A stretch of DNA of 64,000 bases from Waterburya sp. (GTDB taxonomy: Bacteria > Cyanobacteriota > Cyanobacteriia > Cyanobacteriales > Xenococcaceae), in assembly GCA_965217895.1 (NCBI GenBank), contig CBDCJV010000002.1, positions 4,832,001-4,896,000 on the forward strand, given 5' to 3'. A program made the translations under genes and the position numbers. The notes beneath the pieces are model-generated. The model saw only the letters and a list, made by a program, of their open reading frames with translations, made no database searches and was not told the origin of the DNA. How positions within the stretch are numbered: position 1 is the stretch's first letter; each line of letters starts with the position of its first letter. Below, piece by piece: positions 38,737-49,495 of the stretch.

Positions 38737-40944
38737 TTATTGCCAATTAAACTTTATTCCCAGATATTGTTCTAACTGCTGATTATAAGGTGCAAAATAA
38801 TCAACTAAAGTCTTTCTTAATTTAGAATCTACCTGATTGTAATCACCAGCATTAACTTTTGGATAATTTTCTAAGGGGCAATTGGGCAAACCTAAAAAAT
38901 CAAATACTTGAGCCATATTGCTTGCAGGATCGCTATAAAAGTCTTCGCTCTTTAAAAATAAAAACTGTTCACGACCTAATATTTCTACCCAAGCTCTAAT
39001 CTTATAAATATAAAGACTGCTTAAAATATTGTCTGGATTATGATAACCAGTCTCAACAATTTCTGCCTCGCTAATCGTGGCTAACCTAGTTATTTCTTCG
39101 GAGATTGCCGTAGATAAGTCTTGATTTGTCAAGCCTGTATTTAACTTATGATAATGCCAAGAAATTGCCCTCTCAGCGGGATTTCTCAGCAAAATAATGA
39201 TTTTGGTCTGGGGAAAAGTATTTTTGATCCTTTGAGCCACTTGAGGAAATCGCAGATAGTTAGGAGTTGCTTCTCCTGTCAAAAAATCATCTTGATCGGT
39301 AATTGTGGGAAAATGAGCCAAATACCAGTCAATGCCTCGATCAAAATTTTGCCAGTAAAAATCAATTTCTTTAGTATGGGACAACAAAATTTGGGGATGA
39401 CGACTGAGATAGAAATAAATAGAAGATGTTCCACTTTTTGATGCTCCAGCAATAATAAAGTCTGGACCACACTTTTTTGACTCTTGCCAGTTTAATTTAG
39501 CTAGGTGAGGATAGCTTTGGATTGCTTTTTGATAAGAGCCTGTGCGGTAACATTCTCTTGCTTGGGGGACGAGGTTTTGTTGCGTTAAAGCATCTCCTAA
39601 GTTTCCCCAGGCAATAGTAATTTCAGGATGCTCTGTAACTATTTGACGATAAAATTTAATTAAATCAGTTGATTCGTCTTTAGAGATAGGGGTGTACTGA
39701 AGAGCAATATAAGCATCTCTAAAATAAGGATCGAGCTGGAGCGACTTTTGATAATTAGTTATTGCCTTAGGAAAACGGCTTTTAGCTCTAAACAATTTGG
39801 CTAACTGAAAATAGTCGATTGCCGTCACTTTCGGGTTTGCCGCTAAAGCTGCTTCATATCCAGCAAAAGCTTCTGTTTCTACAGGATCGGCTTCGGCACT
39901 GTTTTGAACTGCTTTGGTGTAACAGGCTACAGCCAAATCGTATTGCTGCAAATAATGATAAATCTGACCTATGGCATTTAAAGCAATTGCCGAATTAGGG
40001 TTAAAAGAGAGCATTTGGCGATAGACAGCAGTTGCTTTATTCCATTGCTGTTGATTTTGCCAAAGTAGACCTAACTGATAATATGCCTCTTCATAGTTGT
40101 CTTGAAGGGCGATCGCTTTTTGCCAACATTCTTCAGCCTGAGAATCTTCTTGGAGTTTGTGTAGCGTTAAACCCAAATGATAATAAATTTCCGAGTCGGA
40201 CTTTAAATCTAGAGCTTGTTCAAAATGCTTTTGAGCTTGAACATATTCTTGTAGTTGATATAGTGCCAAACCCCAATGGTAATAAATTTTAGCCGATGGG
40301 TCGAATTTGGCTGCTTTGTGATAGTTTCTACTTGCCCAAAGCCATTTTCTTTGAGCAGCTAAAGCCTGTGCCAGAGCAAAATAATATCGGGCATTACGAG
40401 GATTATTTCTGACTCCTAGACGATATACTTCTAAGACAGGTTCGTATTTTCTTTGAGCAGCTAAAAGTTCCCCTAAAGCCTGATATGCTTCAAAAAAATC
40501 TGTTTGGGAATCGATCGCACCACGGTAACAGGCGATCGCTTTATCTGGCACTTGAGCAGCTAAAGTCTGACCAAGCTTATAAAGTTGTTCGGGGGTAAAA
40601 GAATCGGCTTTTAATTTAAATAATTTAAATAAATGATTGGCAGCTTGGCGATCCTTACCTAATTGAGCCAGCGTTTGCGCCAGAGCGCGATGTAATCGGG
40701 CAGAATTAGGTTGCAGAGTCACCGCCTCTCGATAAAATTTTAGAGCCTTTTGCCACTGCTTTTGTTGAATATACAAATCTCCTAAATTAGCGCGATCTTC
40801 TGCCGATTGAGGATTAGCGGTTATTTTTTGACGGTATCGGGCGATCGCCTGCTGTATTTGCTTGGCGGTTAATTGAGACAGAAGAAGTTCTTTCATTAGT
40901 AGTTGCAGAATGCTTGATAAATACTTAGTTGTGCCAATGATCAC
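38737..40944 (-). CDS. TPR repeats + PAPS-dependent sulfotransferase
   Basis: Many TPRs, then PDFIIAGASKSGTSS (5'-PSB), GEATPNY, LRNPAERAIS (3'-PB). Confidence 0.92.
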   Translation of the reverse strand: MIIGTTKYLSSILQLLMKELLLSQLTAKQIQQAIARYRQKITANPQSAEDRANLGDLYIQQKQWQKALKFYREAVTLQPNSARLHRALAQTLAQLGKDRQAANHLFKLFKLKADSFTPEQLYKLGQTLAAQVPDKAIACYRGAIDSQTDFFEAYQALGELLAAQRKYEPVLEVYRLGVRNNPRNARYYFALAQALAAQRKWLWASRNYHKAAKFDPSAKIYYHWGLALYQLQEYVQAQKHFEQALDLKSDSEIYYHLGLTLHKLQEDSQAEECWQKAIALQDNYEEAYYQLGLLWQNQQQWNKATAVYRQMLSFNPNSAIALNAIGQIYHYLQQYDLAVACYTKAVQNSAEADPVETEAFAGYEAALAANPKVTAIDYFQLAKLFRAKSRFPKAITNYQKSLQLDPYFRDAYIALQYTPISKDESTDLIKFYRQIVTEHPEITIAWGNLGDALTQQNLVPQARECYRTGSYQKAIQSYPHLAKLNWQESKKCGPDFIIAGASKSGTSSIYFYLSRHPQILLSHTKEIDFYWQNFDRGIDWYLAHFPTITDQDDFLTGEATPNYLRFPQVAQRIKNTFPQTKIIILLRNPAERAISWHYHKLNTGLTNQDLSTAISEEITRLATISEAEIVETGYHNPDNILSSLYIYKIRAWVEILGREQFLFLKSEDFYSDPASNMAQVFDFLGLPNCPLENYPKVNAGDYNQVDSKLRKTLVDYFAPYNQQLEQYLGIKFNWQ

Positions 40945-40956
40945 AGGTGACTTAGG

Positions 40957-42420
40957 CTATAGTTTGCGAATAAATAATTGAAATGTTTGCGGAGAACGAC
41001 AAACTTGTTGCCATTGATCCTTTACAGAGGCAAGAAATCGATCAATGCCGACTTGAGGATTTTGTTGAGCATTATGAGGATTACGCCAGCCATAAGAATT
41101 AAAAATAAGTAATCCGCCTGATTTAATTAACTTCCAGGCGAGCATGGCATTTTTCTCTGTGTGTTGACTCAGTTTCTTACGATCCTGAAGATTAATGAGG
41201 TCAAAACTATTAACAGTACAGTCTGATAACAGTTGGTGAATATCTCCTTCTAAACAAGTTACCTTAGACTCTGAACCAGATTTGGTAAGGTTTTGTTTGA
41301 ATGATAGTTCAAATTTACTGTCAATACAGGTGAGCCTATCTTTTTCTTGGACTAACATTTTATCAAGCATCCAACAAGAAGACATTCCTTGATAACAGCC
41401 TACTTCTAAGGCATTAACTCCTGGTGCGGTAATCAATGGCTGTAAATGTTTTTCCCAGACAGAAATACGATAGCTAAAAATATCGCGAGTAAAAAAATAG
41501 TTATTGGCGATACACTGTTCCCAACCGCGATTTTTACAAGCCTGTTGAAAATTAGCTGCTGCTTCGGGTAATCTACCTTTTTCTCGTAGAGCATCTCCTA
41601 AATGTCCATATACCCAGGGATATTCTTCAACTAGGTTCAAAATTGCGTAGCAGGTAGAAATAGCTTCATCCCATTTTTGCAGCATCAAAAAAGTTTTGAC
41701 TAAATCTCGATAAGCCCAAGGGAAGTCTGGAGCATTTTTAATGGTTTGATGAAAAGAGGCGATCGCCTCTTCAAAATACTGCTTTTGTAGGTAAATAGTG
41801 CCTAATTTGTATTGCGCCCTAGATTCTGTGGGCTGCACGCTTAAAATTTTCTCGTATATAGCCTCGGCTCGGTCTAACTGATGCTGGCGTTGATAAATGT
41901 CTCCCAAATCATAAAAAGCAGCAATCAAGCCTTGCTCTCCAGCGATCGCCTTTTCATAACAGGCGATCGCTTCTTCTATTCTTCCTTTTTGTTCTAAGGC
42001 TTTGGCTAGCTTATAGTAACCACTATTATTGACCAAATTAGGATTGATTTTAATTGCTTGATACCAGCAATCCATTTCCGCATCTTTACGCTGGAGGTAG
42101 CTATTGATCTGCGCCAGAGATGAATATATACGGTCAGAATCGGGTACAAGTTCTAAAGCTTTTTCAAAAGAGGCTAAAGCAGCTTGCCAATTCTTTTCTA
42201 AAATATGCAGCTCTCCTAATTGGCAGTATACCTCCCCAAGATTAGTTTGGGCTTCTAAAGCCAAGGAATGCCAAATAATAGCTCGATCAAATTCCCCCAT
42301 ACCCTGAAGCAAATTGCCCAGGTTCTTAAAGGCAGATTGCCATTGTTCCTGGTCGTTGTTATCTGTTTTTACTGTCTGCTCGCACTCGACAATTGCCTGA
42401 ATTAAATAGCTAGAATCCAC
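40957..42420 (-). CDS. TPR repeats + class I SAM methyltransferase-like domain (Methyltransf_24-like)
   Basis: TPRs, then ALEVGCYQGMSSCW, LTCID, AWKLIKSGGLLIF. Confidence 0.82.
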   Translation of the reverse strand: MDSSYLIQAIVECEQTVKTDNNDQEQWQSAFKNLGNLLQGMGEFDRAIIWHSLALEAQTNLGEVYCQLGELHILEKNWQAALASFEKALELVPDSDRIYSSLAQINSYLQRKDAEMDCWYQAIKINPNLVNNSGYYKLAKALEQKGRIEEAIACYEKAIAGEQGLIAAFYDLGDIYQRQHQLDRAEAIYEKILSVQPTESRAQYKLGTIYLQKQYFEEAIASFHQTIKNAPDFPWAYRDLVKTFLMLQKWDEAISTCYAILNLVEEYPWVYGHLGDALREKGRLPEAAANFQQACKNRGWEQCIANNYFFTRDIFSYRISVWEKHLQPLITAPGVNALEVGCYQGMSSCWMLDKMLVQEKDRLTCIDSKFELSFKQNLTKSGSESKVTCLEGDIHQLLSDCTVNSFDLINLQDRKKLSQHTEKNAMLAWKLIKSGGLLIFNSYGWRNPHNAQQNPQVGIDRFLASVKDQWQQVCRSPQTFQLFIRKL

Positions 42421-42539
42421 GGGTAAAATTTAGATAGTAGGTAGTAAGTAGTAGATTTTATTTTCTGCGTAACGCCAGTTATTTAACTATTGATTATCTA
42501 TTCATGATTGTCCTAGTTCTGGTATGGCTGGAATATTTA

Positions 42540-45239
42540 TTATTGAATGTACTTTAAAATTTGCTTGAGAGCATCAATATTAACCAAAATATCTTCGGTT
42601 AGGGCATTTTGATACATTAAGTTGCGCAAAGATAGACAATCAAAGCTTTTTCCCACTAAATAATAATGCTCCAACTCTAGCTGCTGACTAATCATCCAGT
42701 AATCGGTTCTCACATAATTAGGAGAGAAAAGCTCAATAACCTTAGTATCGGGAGAACAAAAAACTAAATTAGTTAAACCCGAACCATGACTTGCAACAAT
42801 GATTTCAGCATTGGCAAATACCGCAACCTGCTCTAAGACTGACATTTCTTCGAGGAATATAGTTTGAAAACCTTCGCTATAAAGCAGTTCGCTCACGTCT
42901 AATTCATTAACTAACTGTCTATTTTTTGCCTTTGCCCTGCTAATGTAAATTTTTTGCCCGATAGCAGTTCTCGATAAATCAATTTTGGGAATAAAAGCCT
43001 GACGTAAAAATTTGATTGTTCCCTGGGAAACCCAATCCAGATAACCTGGAAAAGAAGGAACGATCAATTCTGTAGCCTGAATATGATTATGGCGATCGCT
43101 TTCGAGGATTTTTGTTTCAGGAATACCCAAAATTTGCAAAGTTTCTTTTTGGTAGGGTTTAGCAATGCTGTTAACCACAAACCAATCAATCTCCTCTAGC
43201 TCAATACCACTATTTCTGATTAGTTCTAGTCGCGGAATAATATCAAACATCCAATGGTAATAAACATGACCAGCTAAACCAGACAGTAAAGCTACTTTGC
43301 CCTCTATTTTTTCTACCAGAGGAATACTACTTTGGGTAAAAATCTTGTGTTCGGCTCGTTCTTGATAAGGACATCCTGGTAAGAACCAGGGATAGTCTCT
43401 AGACAAATCTCCTAACAAATAGTTATCAGGAGTAATAACCGCTACAGCATTGCAAATAATCCATGAGTTTTTTTGTCCTGCAATCCAACTTCTACCTTCG
43501 GGAATAGTAACGACAAAAGGCAATTTAGCCTGAACGGGTTTTTTTGACTCAAAGGAACATTTATAAGCATCTTTATCAATTTTTAATGGCTTAAAGTGCT
43601 TAATTAACTTCGCCATACAGCTATTGCAGTTGACTCCGCCACAATCAGGATAAGATGTCTGACCAGGAGCGTTAATTTTAATTGTCTCTGGTTGTCTTGT
43701 GCCAGTTATTTTTTCAGGAGTATAGTCAGTATCTCCCCACAATACTTGAATGTAGCTAAAATTTTTTAACTGACAATCCCTCGCCCAGTCTTGAGTGTAG
43801 TGATAAATTTTCTTAGGCAGGGCAGATAATTGTTCTTCAAGCGGAAATAAACCAGGCAAATTTTGCCAGCGAGTGGTGCAATCTATTTCTTGATTAAGGA
43901 CGGCTTCATAATAATTGATCGCCTCTTCAGCAACTTGACTACGCTCTAAAACTTTACCCAACTGAAAGCAGATTTGCGGATTTTCTGGTTCAAGGCTTAA
44001 ACCAATCTGGTAAATAGCTACAGCAGCATCTAACTTTTTTTGCTTGGCAAGACAATTGCCCAGTTTTAGATATAGTTCAACTTCTTTGGGTCTAATTTGT
44101 AAGGCTCGCTGATAATAAACTTCTGCTTGATAAACACCCCCAAACTCAAATAGCACATCTCCCATATGGCTATAGGTTCGCCATAGATAATGATAAGCGT
44201 CTGCTCTTTGATTATCTTGAAGAGCTTGCAGAAAGCGAGCGCAAGCTACTTTAGCTATTTCTAATAAATCTGCAGGTTCAGTTGCTAATATTCTCTGACA
44301 ATAAGCAGTAACAAAATGAGGCTCAAGCTTAATTATTTGTCGCCAACAGTCTAAAGTAGTTTCCCAATTACCCATCTGTAGCTGTAGGTCAGCATAATTG
44401 CTTAAAGCCAGAATATTTGTTGGCTCTAGCTTGGTAACTTTGAGAAAACAGTCTATTGCTTGGGGATAATTGCCTTGCTGTTGCCATAGCTTACCTAAAT
44501 TATGATGAGCTAAAGACATTTTTGGCTCTAAAGTGATAGCAGTTTGGAAACTACTATAGGCAAGCTTGTGCTGTTGATTAAACCAGTAAACCTGTCCTAA
44601 GTTATTGTGCAAAGTTGCCCAAGTAGGGTCAACATAAAGCCCTTTTCTAAAAATAGCGATCGCCCGATCGTATTTTTTTTGTCTGGCAAAGGTGCTACCC
44701 AAATTACTATATGCCCTGGTAAAATTGGGCTGAATAGCAATAGCCTGCTCGTAGTTGGCGATCGCTTCCTCTAGTTCTCCTTTTTGATCGTAGAGAACTC
44801 CCAAGTTAAAATAAGCAGCAGCATAGTCAGGCTTGGCTTCAATGGCTTGACTGTAGACAGCAACTGCTTCACTCCAGTTACCCAATTGATGCAATACTAC
44901 CGCCAGATTATATTTTAATTCTGCCCAATCAGGTTTAAAAACTAAAGCCTGTTCGTAATTCCAGGTCGCTTTTTGATAATTATTTTGCTTGCTAAATAAT
45001 AAGCCCAACTCTGCGTATATTTCTGCTTGGTCAACTGAGGTACCAAGCAATCTTTTGTAAGCATCAATGGCTTCGGGTATTTTTCCTAGTTGGGTGTAGG
45101 CTCTTGCCAAGTAAGGATAAAAGTTAATATCGTCAGGATCGAGGGAGATCTCTTTTTGACAGATATCTACAACCTGTTTCCAATCCTGGTTGGCTAGGAA
45201 AGATTTAAGATTTTTGATTGAAGATTCGCCTCTTCTCAT
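42540..45239 (-). CDS. TPR repeats + GT61 (DUF563) glycosyltransferase
   Basis: Many TPRs, CGGVNCNSC, YYHWMFDIIPRL, IYISR...RQLVNE, EQVAVF...HGSGLTNLVF, VIELFSPNY. Confidence 0.9.
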   Translation of the reverse strand: MRRGESSIKNLKSFLANQDWKQVVDICQKEISLDPDDINFYPYLARAYTQLGKIPEAIDAYKRLLGTSVDQAEIYAELGLLFSKQNNYQKATWNYEQALVFKPDWAELKYNLAVVLHQLGNWSEAVAVYSQAIEAKPDYAAAYFNLGVLYDQKGELEEAIANYEQAIAIQPNFTRAYSNLGSTFARQKKYDRAIAIFRKGLYVDPTWATLHNNLGQVYWFNQQHKLAYSSFQTAITLEPKMSLAHHNLGKLWQQQGNYPQAIDCFLKVTKLEPTNILALSNYADLQLQMGNWETTLDCWRQIIKLEPHFVTAYCQRILATEPADLLEIAKVACARFLQALQDNQRADAYHYLWRTYSHMGDVLFEFGGVYQAEVYYQRALQIRPKEVELYLKLGNCLAKQKKLDAAVAIYQIGLSLEPENPQICFQLGKVLERSQVAEEAINYYEAVLNQEIDCTTRWQNLPGLFPLEEQLSALPKKIYHYTQDWARDCQLKNFSYIQVLWGDTDYTPEKITGTRQPETIKINAPGQTSYPDCGGVNCNSCMAKLIKHFKPLKIDKDAYKCSFESKKPVQAKLPFVVTIPEGRSWIAGQKNSWIICNAVAVITPDNYLLGDLSRDYPWFLPGCPYQERAEHKIFTQSSIPLVEKIEGKVALLSGLAGHVYYHWMFDIIPRLELIRNSGIELEEIDWFVVNSIAKPYQKETLQILGIPETKILESDRHNHIQATELIVPSFPGYLDWVSQGTIKFLRQAFIPKIDLSRTAIGQKIYISRAKAKNRQLVNELDVSELLYSEGFQTIFLEEMSVLEQVAVFANAEIIVASHGSGLTNLVFCSPDTKVIELFSPNYVRTDYWMISQQLELEHYYLVGKSFDCLSLRNLMYQNALTEDILVNIDALKQILKYIQ

Positions 45240-45304
45240 TGATGTTAGCGGGAATGACCCAAACTCAAACTACAAAATGACCCAAATAATCTGACAATTT
45301 GATC

Positions 45305-45398
45305 TAGAGCGTGTCATCAACATGGCGATCGCACTTCGGTGCTTGTCTCGCCATTAATTAGAACAAAAGTATTTTCTCCTAAATAACGGCACGCCCTA
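45305..45398. mobile_element. Degenerate ~94-bp MITE-like element containing a HIP1-associated hairpin insert
   Basis: TAGAGCGTGTCATCAA ... ATAACGGCACGCCCTA (11/16 inverted match); internal GCGATCGC-ACTTCGGTGCTTGTC-TCGC. Confidence 0.45.
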
Positions 45399-45598
45399 AT
45401 TCAATAATGAGAAATAAGTTACTCTGTCTATAAGCATACCTGCGTTGATTAAGCTTGGTTTAAGTATTCTTAACGAACGCGACAAAACCTTATAGATTCT
45501 TTAGATCCTTGATGAATATTGGATTTACCTACATTAGCCCATATTTTGCTAAATTTCATGTAATCTAAATTTTAAGCTGATTTTTTAAATACTAACTA

Positions 45599-45629
45599 AT
45601 AGACCCGCAACATTTTGTTGTGGGTCTAT
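45599..45629 (-). terminator. Hairpin downstream of the RTX gene
   Basis: atagacccgcaaca-ttt-tgttgtgggtctat. Confidence 0.65.
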
Positions 45630-45660
45630 CAAAGATAGTCTAAATTTTAAACCATGTTAC

Positions 45661-46269
45661 TTAGAATAATTCCCAAGTACCATTTTCATTTGTAGTACCA
45701 GGTTCAATGTCTAGATCCTTACCAATTTCTATAGCATCTTTTCCATCAATGGTGATCATACCTGAAGTTGCATCATAGACAACAGCGGCATCGCTAGCAC
45801 CAAAGATTTTGATTTTATCGGCAAAACCATCAGCTTTAAAATCAACGATTTTATCCATTGATCCATCTGCAAATTCTTTGACACCAAATTCAAATACGTC
45901 GTTTCCAGTACCACCTTTGAGTGTATCAGAACCTAAACCACCTCTGAGGGTGTCGTCTCCTGCGCCACCACTGAGAAAATCATCACCAAGACCACCCTTA
46001 ATGAAGTCGTTGCCATTACCGCCTCTAAGGATGTCGTTGCCATTACCGCCCGTGATGATGTCGTCTCCAGCACCTGCGAAGACTTGCGCATCACCTGCAC
46101 CAGTAGTAATGGTATCGGCTAAATTACCACCAATAATGCCTACTGGGGCATCGCCTTTAATTTCAATAATGTTCTCTTGATCTTGAAAGCCAACTACATT
46201 TAGTCCGCCATCAGGATTAAATGATTCCTGCGCAAGTGCCGTGTTATCTGGTGAAATAATACTTGACAT
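45661..46269 (-). CDS. Small RTX (hemolysin-type) Ca2+-binding protein, probable type I secretion substrate
   Basis: Tandem GGxGxDxLx nonapeptides; D.IVDF; no Sec signal peptide. Confidence 0.9.
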   Translation of the reverse strand: MSSIISPDNTALAQESFNPDGGLNVVGFQDQENIIEIKGDAPVGIIGGNLADTITTGAGDAQVFAGAGDDIITGGNGNDILRGGNGNDFIKGGLGDDFLSGGAGDDTLRGGLGSDTLKGGTGNDVFEFGVKEFADGSMDKIVDFKADGFADKIKIFGASDAAVVYDATSGMITIDGKDAIEIGKDLDIEPGTTNENGTWELF

Positions 46270-46962
46270 GATTAATTAATACTCCCTATTTGTAATGTTA
46301 ACTTGACCTGAAAATGCCTTTTTTATTTAGGCAATAAAACCCTCGTTGTCTATGATAAATCATATTTAATTTATTGCTAGTGCTAGAGAATATAAAATTT
46401 TCAATAAAACACACTCTATACTACTACTATCTATTTTGTTCATAGTTTTAAAAATGTCAATGACTTTTGTTTTTTAATCTAACAAAATAACTACAAGAGT
46501 AAAAAAAGAGCAAAGTTTACTCTAGAAAAAAGCCATGCAAGCTCCGTTATTCCCTTTGTACAAGGATAAATCAAACTAAAGCGTAAAACAGAATCTAGAG
46601 CTTACTTGTTTGTCTAAGTATTAACTCAGAAAATAAAAAACTATATAGATTAATTAAGTGAATTAACGTATTTACTTGAATAAAAATAAAAAATAAAAGC
46701 ACAGGTTAATGACTTGTAAAGCATATAAAGCAAAAAAATATTTAGGTTTATTTTGCATTTTTAGTATGGTTAAGTTAATTTATCTAAAATGCCTTGGTAG
46801 TATTTACTGATAATTTGTTCAAATAGTAAAAATATTCAGCAAAATTACTAAATACCAAATCAGGAATTACTTTACCGTCATCAAGTTACAGCCTAATATG
46901 TGGAGAGTATGTCCAGACTGTCTTAAGATAAATAGCTGAGATTAAAATCTAAATGATTCTCA

Positions 46963-47976
46963 ATGATAGAATTTGCTAAAGCTGAACCGACCGTCGGCGT
47001 AATTATTCCTGCCTATAATTGCGATCGCTATATTGCTCAAGCTATTGAAAGCGTTCTCCAGCAAGATGGCTGTACCTATGAAATAATCGTCATTGATGAC
47101 GGCTCAACCGATTCAACTGAACAGGTATTAAAGCCATACCGCGATCGCCTTCGCTACGTCAAGCAGAAAAATCAAGGTGTAGCAGCAGCCCGCAATCATG
47201 GTATTGCGATCGCCAAAGCCAATCTGATCGCCTTTCTGGATGCAGATGATTATTTTTTACCAGGAAAATTAGCATCTCAGGCAGAAATTTTAATCAAGCG
47301 TCCTGACCTAGGTATTGTCCATAGTGGCTGGCAAAGGGTAGACCTAGAAGGCAATAAGCTATTGGATGTCTGTCCTTGGGAGCAAATTCCTGAATTGAAT
47401 TTAGAGAATTGGCTACGCTGGAAACCAGTGCTACCAAGCGCGATGATGTTTCGTCGAGAATGGCTTCAGTATGTTGGTGGTTTTGATCCTCGCTTTCCTC
47501 CCGCAGAAGACACCAATTTAGTCCTTAAGCTAGCTTTAAAAGGTTGTAGAACTGCATGGTTGCGCCAAATAACTGTCTGCTATCGTCAACACGAAGAAAG
47601 TGCTATGTACAAAGGCTTACCCCAAGCTCGCTCTTTAATGGCAGTTACCAACGATTTTTTTGCTCAACCAAATCTACCTCCAGAAGTTAAGTTAATGGAG
47701 CAGTCTGTTCGCTATGGTACATTGGTCTGGATTGCTTGGTATCTCCACTACACTGGGCATCCACTAGAAACAACCCAGTATCTCAAGCAGGCTTGGTCAT
47801 ATCGCTCTAATTCAGGTATAGAAACTATAGTCACCTGGGTTGAAAGCTTTGCCGAATTTTCCCGTAATTGGGGAGTGCAATTTAATGTTATTAGCTTGAC
47901 TAGTTCAAGAGAATGGCAAGAGTTAGTTCAATGGATCATTCAGACAACGAGTAAAATTGGACTGGAAACATCTTAA
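46963..47976 (+). CDS. GT2 glycosyltransferase
   Basis: VIIPAYN, IDDGSTD, GVAAARNHG, FLDADD, AED. Confidence 0.93.
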   Translation: MIEFAKAEPTVGVIIPAYNCDRYIAQAIESVLQQDGCTYEIIVIDDGSTDSTEQVLKPYRDRLRYVKQKNQGVAAARNHGIAIAKANLIAFLDADDYFLPGKLASQAEILIKRPDLGIVHSGWQRVDLEGNKLLDVCPWEQIPELNLENWLRWKPVLPSAMMFRREWLQYVGGFDPRFPPAEDTNLVLKLALKGCRTAWLRQITVCYRQHEESAMYKGLPQARSLMAVTNDFFAQPNLPPEVKLMEQSVRYGTLVWIAWYLHYTGHPLETTQYLKQAWSYRSNSGIETIVTWVESFAEFSRNWGVQFNVISLTSSREWQELVQWIIQTTSKIGLETS

Positions 47977-48062
47977 AGCTTCCTCTTTTGGAGAGAGCTA
48001 TTAAACACCCTAATTAGAGTATGCTCCTGTAGAGGTAGTTTTTCTTAAAATAAATCAGACTT

Positions 48063-49400
48063 ATGACTATTGCTCGTACAATTTGTCTAGGGTTTCTCGC
48101 TCTGATTGCGATTGGAACTCTTCTGTTGATGATGCCCTTCGCTACCGTTACGGGGACTTGGAACAATTTTATTGTGGCTCTGTTTACCTCTACCTCTGCC
48201 GTGTGTGTCACGGGGTTGGCAGTTGTAGATACTGGGACTGATTTTTCATTTTGGGGGCAGTTAACTATATTGCTTCTGATTCAAGTTGGTGGTTTAGGAT
48301 ATATGACCATGACTACTTTTTTACTGCTGCTTTTGGGCAGAAAGTTTGACCTAAGACAAAAATTTGCTATCCAAGAAACCTTTGATCGTCCTTTTTTGCA
48401 GGGTAGTAGCAGTAATCTAATGCGCTCAATTATTGCTACTACTATGATTCTAGAAATTAGCGGCATATTTTTATTACTAGCAGTTTTTGTTCCCGAACAT
48501 GGTTGGTCAGAAGGTCTATGGTATTCCATTTTTCATAGTATCAGTGCCTGGAATAATGCAGGTTTTAGTCTGTTCTCTGATAGCTTGGTAGGCTATCATA
48601 ACTCTGGGGCAATTAATTTAATTATTCCTGGTTTGATTATTTTTGGTGGCATTGGCTACCAGGTAATTATTGAGATGTATCTTTGGTTGAACAATAAAAT
48701 TAAACATAAGCAAGAAAGATTTTGCTTTTCCCTTAATTTTAAAGTTGTAGTTAGCACCACTATCTTATTGCTTCTGATCGGTACGTTCGCTTTTTTCTTG
48801 ACCGAACTAAACAACCCAGAAACCTTAGCACCTTTTGGTTTCAAAGATAAGCTTTTGGCTGCTTGGTTTCAGTCTGCGACTACTAGAACAGCAGGCTTTA
48901 ATAGTATTAGCATAGGTGATATGACTACGGCGGGTTTATTTATTACCATGGGCTTTATGTTTATTGGTGCTAGCCCTAGTGGTACAGGAGGAGGCATCAA
49001 AACCACAACCTTTAGAATTTTATACAACGCTACCAAATCAGTTCTACGGGGAAAAAATGAAGTGGTTCTCTATCAAAGGGAAGTTCCCAGTACTCTTATT
49101 TTGAAGGCTGTTGCAGTAGTATTCGGCACTGCAACATCTATTATTTTGATGACCATCTTAATTTCTTCTTTTGAACCTGAACTAGATTTTCTGCGTATTT
49201 TGTTTGAGGTGATTTCTGCTTTTGCAACAGTTGGTCTATCTACAGGCATTACATCTAGTGTTTCAGTTGGTTCCAAAATAATTTTGGTATTATCTATGTA
49301 TATTGGCAGAGTCAGTATTTTAATTTTAATAGCGGCAATTATTGGCGATCCTAGCCCCAGCAGTGTTAACTATCCAGAGGAAAATTTACTGGTTGGTTAA
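48063..49400 (+). CDS. ktrB: Ktr/Trk K+ transporter membrane subunit
   Basis: SAVCVTGL, SAWNNAGF, TRTAGF, GTGGGIKTTT, SAFATVGLS. Confidence 0.93.
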   Translation: MTIARTICLGFLALIAIGTLLLMMPFATVTGTWNNFIVALFTSTSAVCVTGLAVVDTGTDFSFWGQLTILLLIQVGGLGYMTMTTFLLLLLGRKFDLRQKFAIQETFDRPFLQGSSSNLMRSIIATTMILEISGIFLLLAVFVPEHGWSEGLWYSIFHSISAWNNAGFSLFSDSLVGYHNSGAINLIIPGLIIFGGIGYQVIIEMYLWLNNKIKHKQERFCFSLNFKVVVSTTILLLLIGTFAFFLTELNNPETLAPFGFKDKLLAAWFQSATTRTAGFNSISIGDMTTAGLFITMGFMFIGASPSGTGGGIKTTTFRILYNATKSVLRGKNEVVLYQREVPSTLILKAVAVVFGTATSIILMTILISSFEPELDFLRILFEVISAFATVGLSTGITSSVSVGSKIILVLSMYIGRVSILILIAAIIGDPSPSSVNYPEENLLVG

Positions 49401-49495
49401 TCAACGATTGTAGATTAATATAAAAAAATTAATTTTAAGTGATTTCTTATAGACTAAAATGCCAATAGTTAGAATTATTCGGGTAAGAAGCTAAT

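Noticed and set aside
46963..47976. ktrE/dgdA because it precedes ktrB
   Set aside because: Motifs are GT2 (GT-A fold), whereas cyanobacterial DgdA is GT4-type; sequence does not support the call
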